Source: Nitrososphaerota archaeon (lineage in GTDB: Archaea > Thermoproteota > Nitrososphaeria > Nitrososphaerales > Gagatemarchaeaceae). Taken from it: a DNA stretch of 64,000 bases. The translations under genes were made by a program, and so were the position numbers. The stretch lies in the NCBI GenBank assembly GCA_027339745.1, contig DAHWNW010000002.1, positions 55,725-119,724 of the forward strand. The letters run 5' to 3'. Positions 27,603 through 37,058 of the stretch are shown here, piece by piece (within the stretch, counting starts at the first letter, position 1; each line of letters starts with the position of its first letter). Below the pieces are notes generated by a model. That model worked only from the letters and a program-made list of their open reading frames with translations, was not told the DNA's origin and did not search any database.

Positions 27603-28664
27603 TTGGCGAAAATCAAGGTAGCCGTGGCCGGGGTGGGGAACTGCGCCTCGGCGCTGATTCAGGGGCTCCATTATTACTCAAAGAAGGGCCCAGACGAAGG
27701 GCTCACCTACTGGAGCGTCGGAGGATACACCCCCAAGGACATAGAGTTCGTCGCCGCGTTCGACGTCAACGCCAAGAAGGTGGGGAAGGATCTCTCGCAG
27801 GCCATATTCCAACCCCCGAACAACACGGTGAAGATTTCTGACGTCCCTAGTATGGGGGTCAAGGTGAAGAAGGGCCCGGTGCTGGACGGCATCGGGAAGT
27901 ATCTCAAGGATGTGGTGTCGATCTCGCCTCTGGCTCCCCAGGACGTTGTGCAGGAGCTCAAAGACAGCGGCGCGGACATCCTGGTGAACTACCTACCTGT
28001 AGGGAGCACCGCCGCGACTCAAGCTTATGCCGAAGCAGCGCTGAGGGCTGAAGTCGCGTTCGTGAATGCGATCCCAGTGTTCGTGGCTTCCGAGAAACGA
28101 TGGGCGGACAGGTTCGCGGCGGCGGGGCTCCCTGTCGCCGGGGACGACGTGATGAGCCAGGTGGGGGCGACAGTGCTTCATAAGACGTTGGTCAAGATGG
28201 CCGTCGACAGGGGGGTCAAGGTTGACGAGACATACCAGTTGAACATAGGGGGGGACACCGACTTCCTCAACATGCTTGAGGAGAGCAGGCTGAAGGACAA
28301 GAGGGAGAGCAAGACCAGTGCCGTGAGGGCCATGTCACCATACGAAGTGCCGACGCGGATCGGCCCCAGCGACTACGTCCCCTTCCTCGACAACGACAAG
28401 GTGTGCTACATATGGCTGAAGGGGAGGTACTTCGGAGGGAGCGTCGTCAAGGTGGACGTGAAGCTGCATGTGGTCGACGCCTACGACAGCGGGGGCGTGA
28501 TCGTCGACGCTATACGGGGGACCAAGCTCGCGCTGGACCGAGGTGTCTCGGGAGAGCTGGAGAGCCTGTCTGCCTTCTGTTTCAAGCATCCCCCGAAACA
28601 GATGCCATACCCCGCCGCGAAGACGGCGTTCGAAGAGTTCACCTCGGGGAAGAGGGAGCGATAG
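27603..28664 (+). CDS. ino1: myo-inositol-1-phosphate synthase
   Basis: GVGNCASAL, NYLPVGS, GDD..SQVGAT, QLNIGGDTDFLNM and FKHPP. Confidence 0.93.
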   Translation: MAKIKVAVAGVGNCASALIQGLHYYSKKGPDEGLTYWSVGGYTPKDIEFVAAFDVNAKKVGKDLSQAIFQPPNNTVKISDVPSMGVKVKKGPVLDGIGKYLKDVVSISPLAPQDVVQELKDSGADILVNYLPVGSTAATQAYAEAALRAEVAFVNAIPVFVASEKRWADRFAAAGLPVAGDDVMSQVGATVLHKTLVKMAVDRGVKVDETYQLNIGGDTDFLNMLEESRLKDKRESKTSAVRAMSPYEVPTRIGPSDYVPFLDNDKVCYIWLKGRYFGGSVVKVDVKLHVVDAYDSGGVIVDAIRGTKLALDRGVSGELESLSAFCFKHPPKQMPYPAAKTAFEEFTSGKRER

Positions 28665-31365
28665 CGGCCGACCTTCTGATGTAGAAGGCCACGCCCAGCG
28701 CGACAATCAGGACGAACGCCGACGGAATCGCGTACCGGAGCAATATGTTCTCTGCTATCGTGACGGAGACGGAGGTCGGCACGGTCCCGCTGATTGTGAC
28801 ACCCGCGTAGGCGAACGTCAGCTTGGCCCCGCTCATGGAAATAGTCTGGCCTGAGTTGGCCACCACGCTTGCGTTGGCCACGCCGGTCTCGTGCGCCCCC
28901 AGGTTCGAGAAGTACACCATGATCTCTTTCGAATTGGCCTGCAAGCCCTGGAGGTTGGAGAAGGTCAATCCCGGGGGTATCGGGAGCGTGAAGGTCACAT
29001 CTGAGACAGGGACCGCCGACGGGTTGGTCACCTGCAGCGAGAGGGTGAAGGCCTTCCCCTCCTCGGGGGTCGCGGGCGTGGTTGTCATGGCGACAGAGAG
29101 CGGCTGGTATATCTGGACGGTAGGGCTCCCCCCTTTGACTGCGAACGTGGTTCCGCCGAAGTAGAAGGAGGCCGAGACAGGGGCGGCCGAAAGGTTCCCG
29201 TATATCTGCGCGGTCGACACCTTGTAGGAGAACGTGACGTTCCCTCCTTTACCGATTGACCCGACCGTCTGGTGGAGCACGCTAGAATTGACGATGGAGT
29301 CGAAGGCGTCGTTGGTGGTGCTCACCGTAACGTTGTAGATCGGGGTCGGCCCCAGGTTCTCAGCCATGACCGTGACAGACGAAGTCATGCCGCCGAAGAG
29401 CTCCTGAGGCGAGTACCCCTTGGACAGGACAAGGCCGGCGGGGACAGGGACCGGGCCCGAAGAGCCTGACACTGACTCCCCGGCCGCCTCGCCGGTGAAC
29501 GTGAAGGGCTGTATCATGTAATTGGAACCGTCGGTAACGTTGTAGCTCATCGACGTCCTGACGGTGGTTGAGGCGTTGAGGGTCTTGTAGGAGAGGGTGA
29601 CCGTGCCTGACGCGCAGCTGATTCCCAGGCCGCTCACGTGGCCGCAGCCAAGGCCTGCAGGGAGGACACCTGTCGCTACGTAGTCGGTCACGCCGACTGG
29701 CGCTATGTCCGAGGCGGCGAAGTTGAGTGTGACGTTGGTCTCGCTCGTCGAGAGCGCCGCGAAGGAGGAGGTCACTTGGAGAACAGGGAACGAGACTTGC
29801 ATCCCGTTCTGCGAAAAGACGTCGGAGATCGTGTTCGTGGTAGCGTTGAGGGCAGCCCCCTGAGGGTCCTGGTACGTCACGCTGTAGGACCTCGTGACGT
29901 TTATGGCAGTGATGCTCGGCGCTGACTGCGTCACCGTGACGGTCGCGGTCCCTCCGCCGGCAGCCAAGCCAGGCACTGACTTGCCTGCCACGACCACGGA
30001 AGAAGCTGGGAGGGTCCCAACGTTGACCAGCGTTATGTTGAGAGTCTGCGGAGTCCCCACGGCCTTCCCAAGGCTGTCGGCCGGGGATGGGACCATGGTA
30101 GCATACACCACCGCGTCGTCTGCCCCGAGGGACAGCCTGATGGGGTTGATCACAGTGGTCGCGTTGAAGGCCGCGCCCCCGAATTCGTACTGGTAACTCA
30201 CGACGGAAGCGGGGATGGTGATCGAGCCGTTTGTGGTCCCGGTGTACTCTAGCCTGTAGACCGGCGTGAGGGTAGCCGATGGGCCCAGGGAGGCGGACTT
30301 GACAGAATCGTTGCCGCCAAGGAAGGTGAATACGCCTGTGGTCTTCCACCATGAGTCAGAGAACGAGAGGCCGAAGATGGATGTCGTCGGCGAGAGGTTG
30401 GTGAAAGTGAGCGTGACGGCGAGGTCTCCGTTGGTGTGAAGGACCCCGACATCGACGGCCCTCGTGGCGAGGAGCGGGGCAGGCTGCTCTACGATGGTCG
30501 CGTTCGTGCCATAGATGGTCTGGCGCGGAGCGAGCTTCAGGGTGTAGGACCCAGTGAAGGCTGCGCCGTTGTCCTTCACGACGGCGCTGTCGTTGGAGCT
30601 GATCATGCCGCTCAATGCCTCTATGTGGATCTCAGACGAATTGCTCGCGGCGGACGCTGTCAACGAGGTCACCGAGCCACCGAAGAGGCCCACCGCGTTA
30701 AGCTCCCCTGCTGACGTGAGGGCCGATGGGGTGATGGAGCCGACCACCAGGTTGTGAACGAACCCGGACCCCGACGAGCCCTTCACCCCTTCCAGCACGA
30801 CGAACGGGGACTCTGAGCCCGCGAACGCAGGCCCTGACACAGCCCTCGCAAACCCCCCCTCGGCCGTCGGAAGGAAGTTCTTGAGAAGCGTCGCGGGGAC
30901 AAGGCTTGAGAAGGCGACCGGACTAAGGAACGTATAGACCCCGGTGCTGTTTGTTGTGGACATGAAGTCTGTGAGGAGGTACGGGTCGAGGGCTGCCGCC
31001 GCTGCGGAGGCTTGAGAGAAGGAGCTGGCACCCACGGTCAGGAAAATCCCCTGCGGGACCAGTGAGGGGACCGGGAGGAGGTTGTATCCATTCGGACCGA
31101 ATACCTGAAAGTCTGGGTTCCATCCTAGGGTGCTGACCGCTGTGATGTTGTACCAGCTGAGCCCAGGTGTGGACTCCAGCGCTGAGAGGTGGCTGGACCC
31201 GTTCACCCCGTCGAATGTGAAGAACCACAGGGCGTTCGATCCTGCTACATACACGTTCAGCTTCTCAGAGTATGAGGAAGTCTGGGCGTGCGCCATCTGC
31301 ATCGGGACCGCCGAGAAGAGCATGAGGGCAACGACCGCGAACGCTAGCAACCGGTAGTGCTTCAA
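28639..31365 (-). CDS. Large membrane-anchored cell-surface protein (COG1361/DUF11-like Ig domains)
   Basis: Signal peptide, S/T/G-rich beta repeats (V.N.G..P..NV), many N-x-S/T sequons, C-terminal TM helix and basic tail. Confidence 0.8.
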   Translation of the reverse strand: MKHYRLLAFAVVALMLFSAVPMQMAHAQTSSYSEKLNVYVAGSNALWFFTFDGVNGSSHLSALESTPGLSWYNITAVSTLGWNPDFQVFGPNGYNLLPVPSLVPQGIFLTVGASSFSQASAAAAALDPYLLTDFMSTTNSTGVYTFLSPVAFSSLVPATLLKNFLPTAEGGFARAVSGPAFAGSESPFVVLEGVKGSSGSGFVHNLVVGSITPSALTSAGELNAVGLFGGSVTSLTASAASNSSEIHIEALSGMISSNDSAVVKDNGAAFTGSYTLKLAPRQTIYGTNATIVEQPAPLLATRAVDVGVLHTNGDLAVTLTFTNLSPTTSIFGLSFSDSWWKTTGVFTFLGGNDSVKSASLGPSATLTPVYRLEYTGTTNGSITIPASVVSYQYEFGGAAFNATTVINPIRLSLGADDAVVYATMVPSPADSLGKAVGTPQTLNITLVNVGTLPASSVVVAGKSVPGLAAGGGTATVTVTQSAPSITAINVTRSYSVTYQDPQGAALNATTNTISDVFSQNGMQVSFPVLQVTSSFAALSTSETNVTLNFAASDIAPVGVTDYVATGVLPAGLGCGHVSGLGISCASGTVTLSYKTLNASTTVRTSMSYNVTDGSNYMIQPFTFTGEAAGESVSGSSGPVPVPAGLVLSKGYSPQELFGGMTSSVTVMAENLGPTPIYNVTVSTTNDAFDSIVNSSVLHQTVGSIGKGGNVTFSYKVSTAQIYGNLSAAPVSASFYFGGTTFAVKGGSPTVQIYQPLSVAMTTTPATPEEGKAFTLSLQVTNPSAVPVSDVTFTLPIPPGLTFSNLQGLQANSKEIMVYFSNLGAHETGVANASVVANSGQTISMSGAKLTFAYAGVTISGTVPTSVSVTIAENILLRYAIPSAFVLIVALGVAFYIRRSAAIAPSSPR

Positions 31366-31418
31366 GCGAGACGTTGGAGGGCGCCCGGTTCACCATATAA
31401 AACCGTTTGAGAGGTCAG

Positions 31419-32420
31419 CTACTTCTTTCGGGTCGGCTCCTCGGAGGGGTCGTCCACGCCCCTGTCGTTGAGGATGAAGACCGTGTCCCTCTCCGGATGG
31501 TAGGGGCTGTCCACCATCCTCGCGATGCGGTTCTTCGCCGCCTTCCTGAGGTAGAGCCTGTAGGTGCTTGTGTGGGCGACAACGTGCCCACCGACGGGCC
31601 TCGTGGGGTCGCCGAAGAACGAGTCAGGGGCAGCCTGCACCTGATTTGTGACTACCACGGCTATGTTATAGATCTCGGCGGTCCTCAGGAGCTGATGCAT
31701 GAACCTGTTGAGCCTCTGCTGCCTCTCGGCGAGGGTCCCCCTCCCCAAGAACTCGGCCCTGTAGTGGGCGACGGCGCTGTCTAGGATGACCAGTTTCACC
31801 TTGTTTGGCTCGATGATGTGCCCCAGGTCCTTCACAATCAACTCCTGGTGGGCGCTGTTGTAAGCCCTGGCTACCGTGATGCGAGAGAGCGCCTTCTCAG
31901 CGTCCATCCCCCTTGCCTCGGCTATCTCCTGTATCCTCTCAGGCCTGAACGTTCCTTCTGTGTCGACGTAGACCGAACTTGCGTCGAGCCCCCCTTCCTC
32001 CCTGGGCTGCTGCGCCATGACGCACAAGGTGTGGCATATCTGCGACTTTCCGCTCCCGAACTCGCCGAAGAACTCGGTCATTGCCCAGGTTTCGATGCCT
32101 CCGCCTAGGAGTTCGTCAAGGTTCTTGGACCCCGTGGATATCCTGTCTATGGCCTTCCTCTTCGCGAGGAGGTCGGCGGCGTTGATGAAGTCCGGCTCTA
32201 GGCGGTTCAGCTCCACCAGCTTCTTCCTGGCCTTGTTGTTCAGCTCGACCGCCTTGGAGACGTCGATGTCGACCGCTTCGGCGATGTCCATGGGCCCGGA
32301 GGTGGCGAGGTCCAGTATCGTTTCGATTCCTGCGTCCTTCAGCTTGGCCTTTGTGGCCGGCCCGACGCCAGGGAGCGTGTCGAGCTCGAGTTCCTCCTCG
32401 ACTTCAGTCGCAGGCAACAT
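31419..32420 (-). CDS. radA: DNA repair and recombination protein RadA
   Basis: N-terminal HhH (LPGVGP), GEFGSGKSQ, DTEGTFRPERI and GRGTLAERQQ. No intein. Confidence 0.96.
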   Translation of the reverse strand: MLPATEVEEELELDTLPGVGPATKAKLKDAGIETILDLATSGPMDIAEAVDIDVSKAVELNNKARKKLVELNRLEPDFINAADLLAKRKAIDRISTGSKNLDELLGGGIETWAMTEFFGEFGSGKSQICHTLCVMAQQPREEGGLDASSVYVDTEGTFRPERIQEIAEARGMDAEKALSRITVARAYNSAHQELIVKDLGHIIEPNKVKLVILDSAVAHYRAEFLGRGTLAERQQRLNRFMHQLLRTAEIYNIAVVVTNQVQAAPDSFFGDPTRPVGGHVVAHTSTYRLYLRKAAKNRIARMVDSPYHPERDTVFILNDRGVDDPSEEPTRKK

Positions 32421-32454
32421 GTACCGCGAGCGCCTTCTGGTAGATAAGTATGCC

Positions 32455-33750
32455 TCAGGGAGAGATGCGTGTAAGTGTTCTAGGGAACAAGCTGGCCGAG
32501 CGGATGTGCTTCAACCCCGCGATCCACCTCGTCGTCCTCTCGACGCCTATTCCGAAGCCCGAATGTGGAGGCATGCCGAACTTCCTCAGCTCCAAGTACC
32601 ACGAGAAGGACTCGGTCGGGAGGTCTTGGCTCGAAATCCTCTCCATGAGCTCGTGGTAGTCGTGTATCCTCTGCCCGCCTGTGGCGAGCTCCCCGACCCC
32701 CTCGGGGGCGATGAGGTCCGCTGACTTCGTCACCTTCGGCCTGTCGGGGTAGGTCATGTGGTAGAACGACCTCGCGCTTAGAGGATAGTCGGTGATGAAG
32801 AAGGGAGACTCCTGAGTCAGGCTGACCGCCTTCTCCGCCTCAGTGGGGAGGTCGTCCCCCCACTCGAACCCGAATCCTTTGCTCTCCGCGATAGACCTGG
32901 CCTCGTCATACGACAACCTGGGGAAGGGGACTTCGGGCTGCCGGAGGACCCTGCCGAGCGTCTTCAGGTCCGTCTGCCTGTTCGCCAGCACCCTCTCCAC
33001 CATCTTGGATAGGAGCCCCTCCTGGACCTTCATGTTGTCCGACTGCTCTGCGAACGCCTGCTCGGCCTCTATCATCCAGAATTCGGTCAGGTGTTTCGCC
33101 GTCTTGGACTTCTCCGCCCTGAAAGCCGGTTGGAAGATCCACACTTTCTGCAGCGCGGGGAGGGCCGCCTCTTCATAGAACTGGGCGCTCTGGCTCAGGC
33201 TCGCCTTCTTCCCGAAGTAGTCCACCGAGAAGAGTGTCGCCCCCCCTTCTACGGCGGCCTGGACGAAGGACGGAGCGCTTATCAGCTGGAAACCGTTCTC
33301 CCTGAAGTAGTCGAACGCGGCCCCGATCACCTCGGCCCTGATCCTCATCGTGGCGATGGCCTTTGGCCCTCGGATGCTCAGGTGCCTCTTGTCGAAGAGG
33401 AACGAAGCCGACTTCGCCGCGGTCCGCGTGATTGGCCAGCTGTCCGCCGTCGCGAGGACAGCGAACTCGGCGGCCGAGACCTCCTTCCCTCCCGGCGCAC
33501 GCCGGTCGTCGCGCACCTCTCCCCTGACCACCACCGCCGACTCTTTGGTGGCGCGCTTCGCCGCGTCGTAGGCGGCGTCGGAGGACCCCTTGCGGGCGGA
33601 AACCTGGACGTACCCGGTGCCGTCCCTGACCTGGACGAATGCGAGCCCACCTATGACGTGCTTCCTGGCTACCCAGCCACGTATCTCAACGGCCCTGGGA
33701 GACCGTCCTGCAAGGATTTCAGATGCGCTCGAGCGCGCGAAGGCATCCAC
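32455..33750 (-). CDS. asnS: Asparagine--tRNA ligase (Asn/Asp class IIb synthetase)
   Basis: OB fold (VRDGTG), VEGGATLF, FRAEKS..HLTEFWMIEAE and PHSGFGIGVER..WI are AsnRS-type. Confidence 0.82.
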   Translation of the reverse strand: MDAFARSSASEILAGRSPRAVEIRGWVARKHVIGGLAFVQVRDGTGYVQVSARKGSSDAAYDAAKRATKESAVVVRGEVRDDRRAPGGKEVSAAEFAVLATADSWPITRTAAKSASFLFDKRHLSIRGPKAIATMRIRAEVIGAAFDYFRENGFQLISAPSFVQAAVEGGATLFSVDYFGKKASLSQSAQFYEEAALPALQKVWIFQPAFRAEKSKTAKHLTEFWMIEAEQAFAEQSDNMKVQEGLLSKMVERVLANRQTDLKTLGRVLRQPEVPFPRLSYDEARSIAESKGFGFEWGDDLPTEAEKAVSLTQESPFFITDYPLSARSFYHMTYPDRPKVTKSADLIAPEGVGELATGGQRIHDYHELMERISSQDLPTESFSWYLELRKFGMPPHSGFGIGVERTTRWIAGLKHIRSASLFPRTLTRISP

Positions 33751-33835
33751 GGTGCGGGCTCGGTCTGTTCATGCTAAAAGCGTGATGCGCGGAGACTCAA
33801 CGTTATAGATAACCCCAGCTGACCGAAGGACACCA

Positions 33836-34801
33836 TTGCCTCGCAGGGCGACGATAATCAGATGGGCCGGGAGCGGAAGCGTCGTCGACCTGCTTTCCTC
33901 TGTGGGGCACGTGATGAGGCTGGAGGGGCTCAAAGGCGAGTTAAGGAGGTCTGGTAACTCCCTCGTCCTCGCGGGGCCCGAGCCCGCCCGGACGTGCACA
34001 GTCTTCAGGTACCTCCCAGGGGTCAGCTGGCTCGCTGCGGGGTATGCCGTCGGGGGGGCTTCCGAGCTAGCCGGTGTCGCGGAAGAGCTGGCGAAGAAAT
34101 ATCTGAGACGCGGGGGGAGGTTCAGCGTCGAGGCAGAGTCTGCAGGAGGCCAGGCGGCTTCTGACCTAGCGGGGGCGGTCACTTCTCATATCCTGGACGC
34201 CGTGAAGGGGGTGCGGGTGTCCAACCCACCTGACAGGAGGTTCAGGGTCGCCATGGACGCATCAGGGGGCGCGGCCGGGGTTGAGCTTTCACGCGGCCCC
34301 GGAGGGATCCCGACCGGGCGATACGAGGCATCTTGCCTCGTATCAGGAGGAAAACACAGCTCCGTCTTGGCATGGCAGGCCGTGCTGATGGGATACAGGG
34401 TCCGCCTCGTACACGCCGTGGAAGACGACGACGGGCTCCTCGCCTCTGCCAGGCTTTATTCGGAACTCTCATTCCGCTCGGACCCCCGGGGTCTGAGCCT
34501 GACGGCAATCGAGGGAGGACCGGCGGCCCAGCTCATACGCGAATTCGCGTCCGAGGCTGACGGCCCTGTCTTCTGCGGATGCACGGCCACGAGAACGCGG
34601 GCGGACGCGCCCCTGGAGAACGTCGTAAGCCCCCTATACCTTCTCCCGGAGGAATGGTTCGACGCGGAGTTCAGGGCCCTCGGATTCGCGGGAAAGGAGT
34701 CGGCCCTGGGCTGGGGCAAGGCAGGAGCCGTGAAGTCAAAGTCGAGGTCGTTCGGAGGTAGAAGGGCCGACGTCAGCGAGGTCATCGACGGCCTCTCCTA
34801 G
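33836..34801 (+). CDS. Degenerate ThiI-like protein (THUMP plus eroded PP-loop)
   Basis: GPGGIPTG and LVSGGKHSSVLAW align with ThiI GPGGLPVG and LFSGGIDSPVAAW. Confidence 0.65.
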   Translation: MPRRATIIRWAGSGSVVDLLSSVGHVMRLEGLKGELRRSGNSLVLAGPEPARTCTVFRYLPGVSWLAAGYAVGGASELAGVAEELAKKYLRRGGRFSVEAESAGGQAASDLAGAVTSHILDAVKGVRVSNPPDRRFRVAMDASGGAAGVELSRGPGGIPTGRYEASCLVSGGKHSSVLAWQAVLMGYRVRLVHAVEDDDGLLASARLYSELSFRSDPRGLSLTAIEGGPAAQLIREFASEADGPVFCGCTATRTRADAPLENVVSPLYLLPEEWFDAEFRALGFAGKESALGWGKAGAVKSKSRSFGGRRADVSEVIDGLS

Positions 34802-35939
34802 CCGCACCTTCAAGCGCGTCAACTATGGATGCCCGTGCGTCGTACCCTCCCGCCACCTCACCCAGATCGGCCGCCCGCGCTCTGAACCCCTCACCAGCGA
34901 GCCTCCCGAGCGACTCCTCGAAGGTGGCGAGGTTAAGGCGGTCCTGTCTCACGACGATGGAGACGCCCAGCCTGGCGGCCTTGTCCGCGTTCCCTTCCTG
35001 CTCAGGCTGCTTCGGAATCGGGACGAGGAGGGACGGCTTCTTCGAGATAATCGCCTGGGCCACGGTCCCGTGTCCCGCCCTCGACACGACGACGTCGCAG
35101 TTCCTGAAGTAGAAGCCTGCGATTTCGCACCATTCGTAGAACCATCCCCCCGGGGTACGGACCGCGCGCGTGCTCCCGGAGGGGTCGCCCCCTGAGACCG
35201 CGAAGACGAACTTAGCGTTCAGCTCCTTGGACAGCTCGAGGGCCTTGCGTAAGAGCGGGGTCCGCGTTCTCGGGGGCCCGGACACCTGCCAGAACACTCT
35301 TGTCCTGCTGTCCTGGGCGAACTCAAGCGCGGGGCCATCTGGAGTCAGGCCCCCCGTAGGAGAGATGAACCCCACATAGCGTGCCTTCGCGACGCTGCTC
35401 CCCCACAAGTTCTTCTCGCTGATGGTATACGGAGGTGGGAGGTCGGGAAGGAACACCCCGTCGCTGAACCTCCAGAGTCTTCCCATTCCAGCGGACGTCC
35501 CGACCGAAAGCAGCCTGGACAGGGCCCCAATCCTCGTGTGGGAGCTCGTCAGGTTGAGCTGGTTCAGGACCGTGAAGGCGGGGAGGCGGAGCGCCTTGCC
35601 GGCGAGGACCGTCGGCAGGGCAGAGTCGCTGAGGACGACATCTGGGGTGAACCTCCCGATGTTCTCGAGCTCGGCCGAAAACTGCCTGTAGGACTTCGCC
35701 ATGATGGAGAAGGAGTCGAGGAGGGTCTCCTTCACGAGGAACTCGCCGTCCTCGGAGTAGCGCACATCGGCCAACGGGAGCCTGTTGCACCTATACCCTC
35801 TGGCCGCGATCAGTGACGCCACCTCCCCCGACGACGAGAACTCGATGGTCGCGCCCCGGGCTGAGAGCTCCCCGGCCACCTCGAGCATCCTGCTGGCGTG
35901 GCCTAGACCTGAGCCGAAGCAGCCTATGTAGACCTTCAT
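34782..35939 (-). CDS. GT-B glycosyltransferase (GT28/MurG-like)
   Basis: GSGLGHASR, VVSRAGHGT and P...Q.EQ..NA. Confidence 0.85.
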   Translation of the reverse strand: MKVYIGCFGSGLGHASRMLEVAGELSARGATIEFSSSGEVASLIAARGYRCNRLPLADVRYSEDGEFLVKETLLDSFSIMAKSYRQFSAELENIGRFTPDVVLSDSALPTVLAGKALRLPAFTVLNQLNLTSSHTRIGALSRLLSVGTSAGMGRLWRFSDGVFLPDLPPPYTISEKNLWGSSVAKARYVGFISPTGGLTPDGPALEFAQDSRTRVFWQVSGPPRTRTPLLRKALELSKELNAKFVFAVSGGDPSGSTRAVRTPGGWFYEWCEIAGFYFRNCDVVVSRAGHGTVAQAIISKKPSLLVPIPKQPEQEGNADKAARLGVSIVVRQDRLNLATFEESLGRLAGEGFRARAADLGEVAGGYDARASIVDALEGAARRGRR

Positions 35940-36556
35940 CCCTGGGTCGCTGATTCCAACTTTACGACCTCCCCGCCCGGCGATGTCTCTTCGAATACCT
36001 CAGCCTGGAAGACCCTGACCTTGGTCCCTTCGTCTAGCCAGGCGTCCATGGAGAGTCCTGCCTTTGCGCACGCCTCGGAGAGGAAAGTCTCTGCGTCCCA
36101 GCCCTGCTCGGTGGCGACCTGTGGCAGCAGGAGCCCGCTGGCGTAGCCGTTGGAGACCACCAGGCCGTCTTCGCCCACCCTGACCCTTGAGGGGAGGTCC
36201 GCGCGGACTGGGGTCGACACTTCGCTGGGGACGGTCAGCACGCTGACTTCCACCACGATGCGATCCACCTCCTCAGCCGCGACAGGAAACGGGAAGCGCG
36301 GGTCTTCTGAGGCGTAGACGGCCACTTCCCTGATGGCCTGACCCAACGGCTTGACCGGCTCAGGGTATCCTATGCACCCTCGGAGTGCCTTCGCCCCCCC
36401 GTGCACGGCGCTGAGGGTGACGAACACCCCGCGCTTTTCGCGGAAGACCCCCGTGTCTGGGAACCCTCGGGGGGCGGGGGCCCGCCTGACGTGCGCGACC
36501 AGTGTGTCCCTTGCCAGCGCGACCGCCCTTCTCCCTTCTTCCAGCGTAAGGGGCAT
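35936..36556 (-). CDS. AMMECR1 domain protein
   Basis: GVFVTL, LRGCIG, DPRF, EVSVLT and GLLLPQVA. Confidence 0.92.
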   Translation of the reverse strand: MPLTLEEGRRAVALARDTLVAHVRRAPAPRGFPDTGVFREKRGVFVTLSAVHGGAKALRGCIGYPEPVKPLGQAIREVAVYASEDPRFPFPVAAEEVDRIVVEVSVLTVPSEVSTPVRADLPSRVRVGEDGLVVSNGYASGLLLPQVATEQGWDAETFLSEACAKAGLSMDAWLDEGTKVRVFQAEVFEETSPGGEVVKLESATQG

Positions 36557-37046
36557 GGTGTTCCTGGTCGAGGCGGCCCGCGAGCGACCTTAACTTTTTC
36601 CAGTGGCTCCCCTTCCAGTAGTACTTGCCGCAGGCGGAGCACCTGAAGAACATCCTGTGGCTCTCCTGCACGCCTGGAGGTACCCGCCCCGACACCTCCC
36701 CCTTATTCACCGCCGCCAGCTCGCCCCCGCACAGGGAGCAGAGGGGTTCGCCCCTCGCCAGCGATATCCGCAGCAGCCGCGCCGCGGCCGACACCTCTGA
36801 CAGCCTAACGATGTCGCTCTTTCCTGCGATGAGCATAGACGTGGCGCCCTTCTTCCGTGCCAGAGCCGCCAGCCTGCGGTCGGAGGTCAAGATCACCCTC
36901 CCCTCCCTTGCCGCGAGCCTCACCAGCTGGTCGTCCCCTCCGTTCCTGAAGTACGACGTGTCAAAGCCGAGCGCCCTGAGCTTCCTTGCCAGGGACCCGA
37001 GCATGGCGTCGGCGATGAAGGCTGTCCTCGCGCGGCTCGGTGCCAT
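36360..37046 (-). CDS. Mut7-C RNase (PIN-like, DUF82) domain protein
   Basis: DAMLGSLARKLR.LGFD, LTSD, C..C...C..C and YWKGSHW. The 3' end runs 197 nt into the next gene. Confidence 0.85.
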   Translation of the reverse strand: MAPSRARTAFIADAMLGSLARKLRALGFDTSYFRNGGDDQLVRLAAREGRVILTSDRRLAALARKKGATSMLIAGKSDIVRLSEVSAAARLLRISLARGEPLCSLCGGELAAVNKGEVSGRVPPGVQESHRMFFRCSACGKYYWKGSHWKKLRSLAGRLDQEHHAPYAGRREKGGRAGKGHTGRARQAGPRPPRVPRHGGLPRKARGVRHPQRRARGGEGTPRVHRIP

Positions 37047-37058
37047 GGCCGGGCGCGC

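Noticed and set aside
31419..32420. Intein in RadA
   Set aside because: Normal length and an uninterrupted P-loop region.
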